Assembly: GCA_036639195.1 (NCBI GenBank)
Contig: JAVWJF010000005.1
Span: forward strand, 5,114 to 29,113
Reading direction: 5' to 3'
DNA length: 24,000 bases
Source: Longicatena sp.
GTDB taxonomy: Bacteria > Bacillota_I > Bacilli_A > Erysipelotrichales > Erysipelotrichaceae
Below the pieces are notes generated by a model, which ran no database searches, had not been told where the DNA came from, and saw nothing but the letters and a program-made list of their open reading frames with translations. Made by a program: the position numbers and the translations under genes. Below, in pieces: positions 23,530-24,000 of the stretch. How positions within the stretch are numbered: the first letter of the stretch is position 1; every line of letters begins with the position of its first letter.

Positions 23530-24000
23530 TTATAATGCGTGATATTTTGATCCTTCTTCAGCAGGAAGCATATATACTTTTGTACCTCCAAGATAATCGT
23601 GAATCATACGACGATTGTAATTTGTTAGGGTAAGTAAAAAGGATAAAAATGTCATGAAATATGTGACATATCCAAAAAAGGAAGGATAATCAATACGTGC
23701 TGTTAGTACTACCAATTGTACAATATATGTGGTCGTAAACACCGCAAGTTCAATAAAGGTCATAGCGATTACATTTCTTAAAAAGAGCGCTTTTGCACTT
23801 ACTTCAGAATTGTCCATCATTACAATTTTATATTTTAATAATCGTTTTGCAGGTGTTTGTCCAGGCCATACCTTCCATGGAATATATACATAATAGAAGA
23901 TATAAAATAAGAATACAAAGAACGTAATAATATATGCCCAATACAATGGAATACCTGCTAAAATCTGTGTAGTATTTGTAGAACCCGTTAAACATGCTTG
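23530..24000 (-). CDS. RDD-family integral membrane protein, 5' end beyond the window
   Basis: GQTPAKRLLKYKIV matches the RDD-family G.T.GK+..g+++ motif and sits between hydrophobic helices. The frame stays open upstream of the TTG at 23946 to the window edge (QACLTGSTNTTQILAGIPLYWAY...). Confidence 0.65.
   Translation of the reverse strand, partial: QACLTGSTNTTQILAGIPLYWAYIITFFVFLFYIFYYVYIPWKVWPGQTPAKRLLKYKIVMMDNSEVSAKALFLRNVIAMTFIELAVFTTTYIVQLVVLTARIDYPSFFGYVTYFMTFLSFLLTLTNYNRRMIHDYLGGTKVYMLPAEEGSKYHAL

Noticed and set aside
1-24000. CRISPR arrays, tRNA/rRNA genes, integrase or recombinase genes, and long direct or tandem repeats.
   Set aside because: None was detected by eye. The only recurrent element is the short operator palindrome reported above.

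Overview
This looks like a low-GC Firmicute-type chromosomal window. All calls come from motif-level reading of the supplied ORF translations and manual inspection of intergenic DNA; no database search was possible.

**1-6 kb:** housekeeping genes: prs 3' end, a DUF1622 membrane protein, an HD-domain protein, a YwbE-like protein, a DEAD-box helicase and a YabN-N-terminal-like methylase. They are interrupted by a frameshifted TnpB/OrfB-like RuvC-fold gene (1256-2654). That gene has no Zn ribbon and carries His where the third catalytic Asp should be.

**6-23.4 kb:** a ~17 kb accessory catabolic locus. It combines a lactose/cellobiose-family PTS (one EIIC, one EIIA, two EIIB) with:
- a DUF871/MupG-like phospho-glycosidase
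- a glycosylasparaginase-like Ntn hydrolase
- aspartase and CutC
- a GrdB-N-terminal-domain-only protein
- six peptidases (2x M42, M20, M19, M3B, M81)

**Most striking signal:** the locus is divided into seven terminator-insulated transcription units. Each unit is preceded by the same palindrome, (A)TTTCCTA-N4-6-TAGGAAA(T), 32-34 nt upstream of a perfect TATAAT, with no recognisable -35. This is the signature of one activator-dependent regulon. No regulator gene lies in the window. I interpret the locus as a glycopeptide / glycosyl-asparagine (alternatively muropeptide) import-and-trimming system.

**Islet:** the regulon is split by a visibly AT-rich islet (~16.83-18.0 kb) carrying a DUF3800-like gene and an orphan ~88-nt structured RNA with a consensus promoter and an intrinsic terminator.

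No rRNA, tRNA or CRISPR array was seen.
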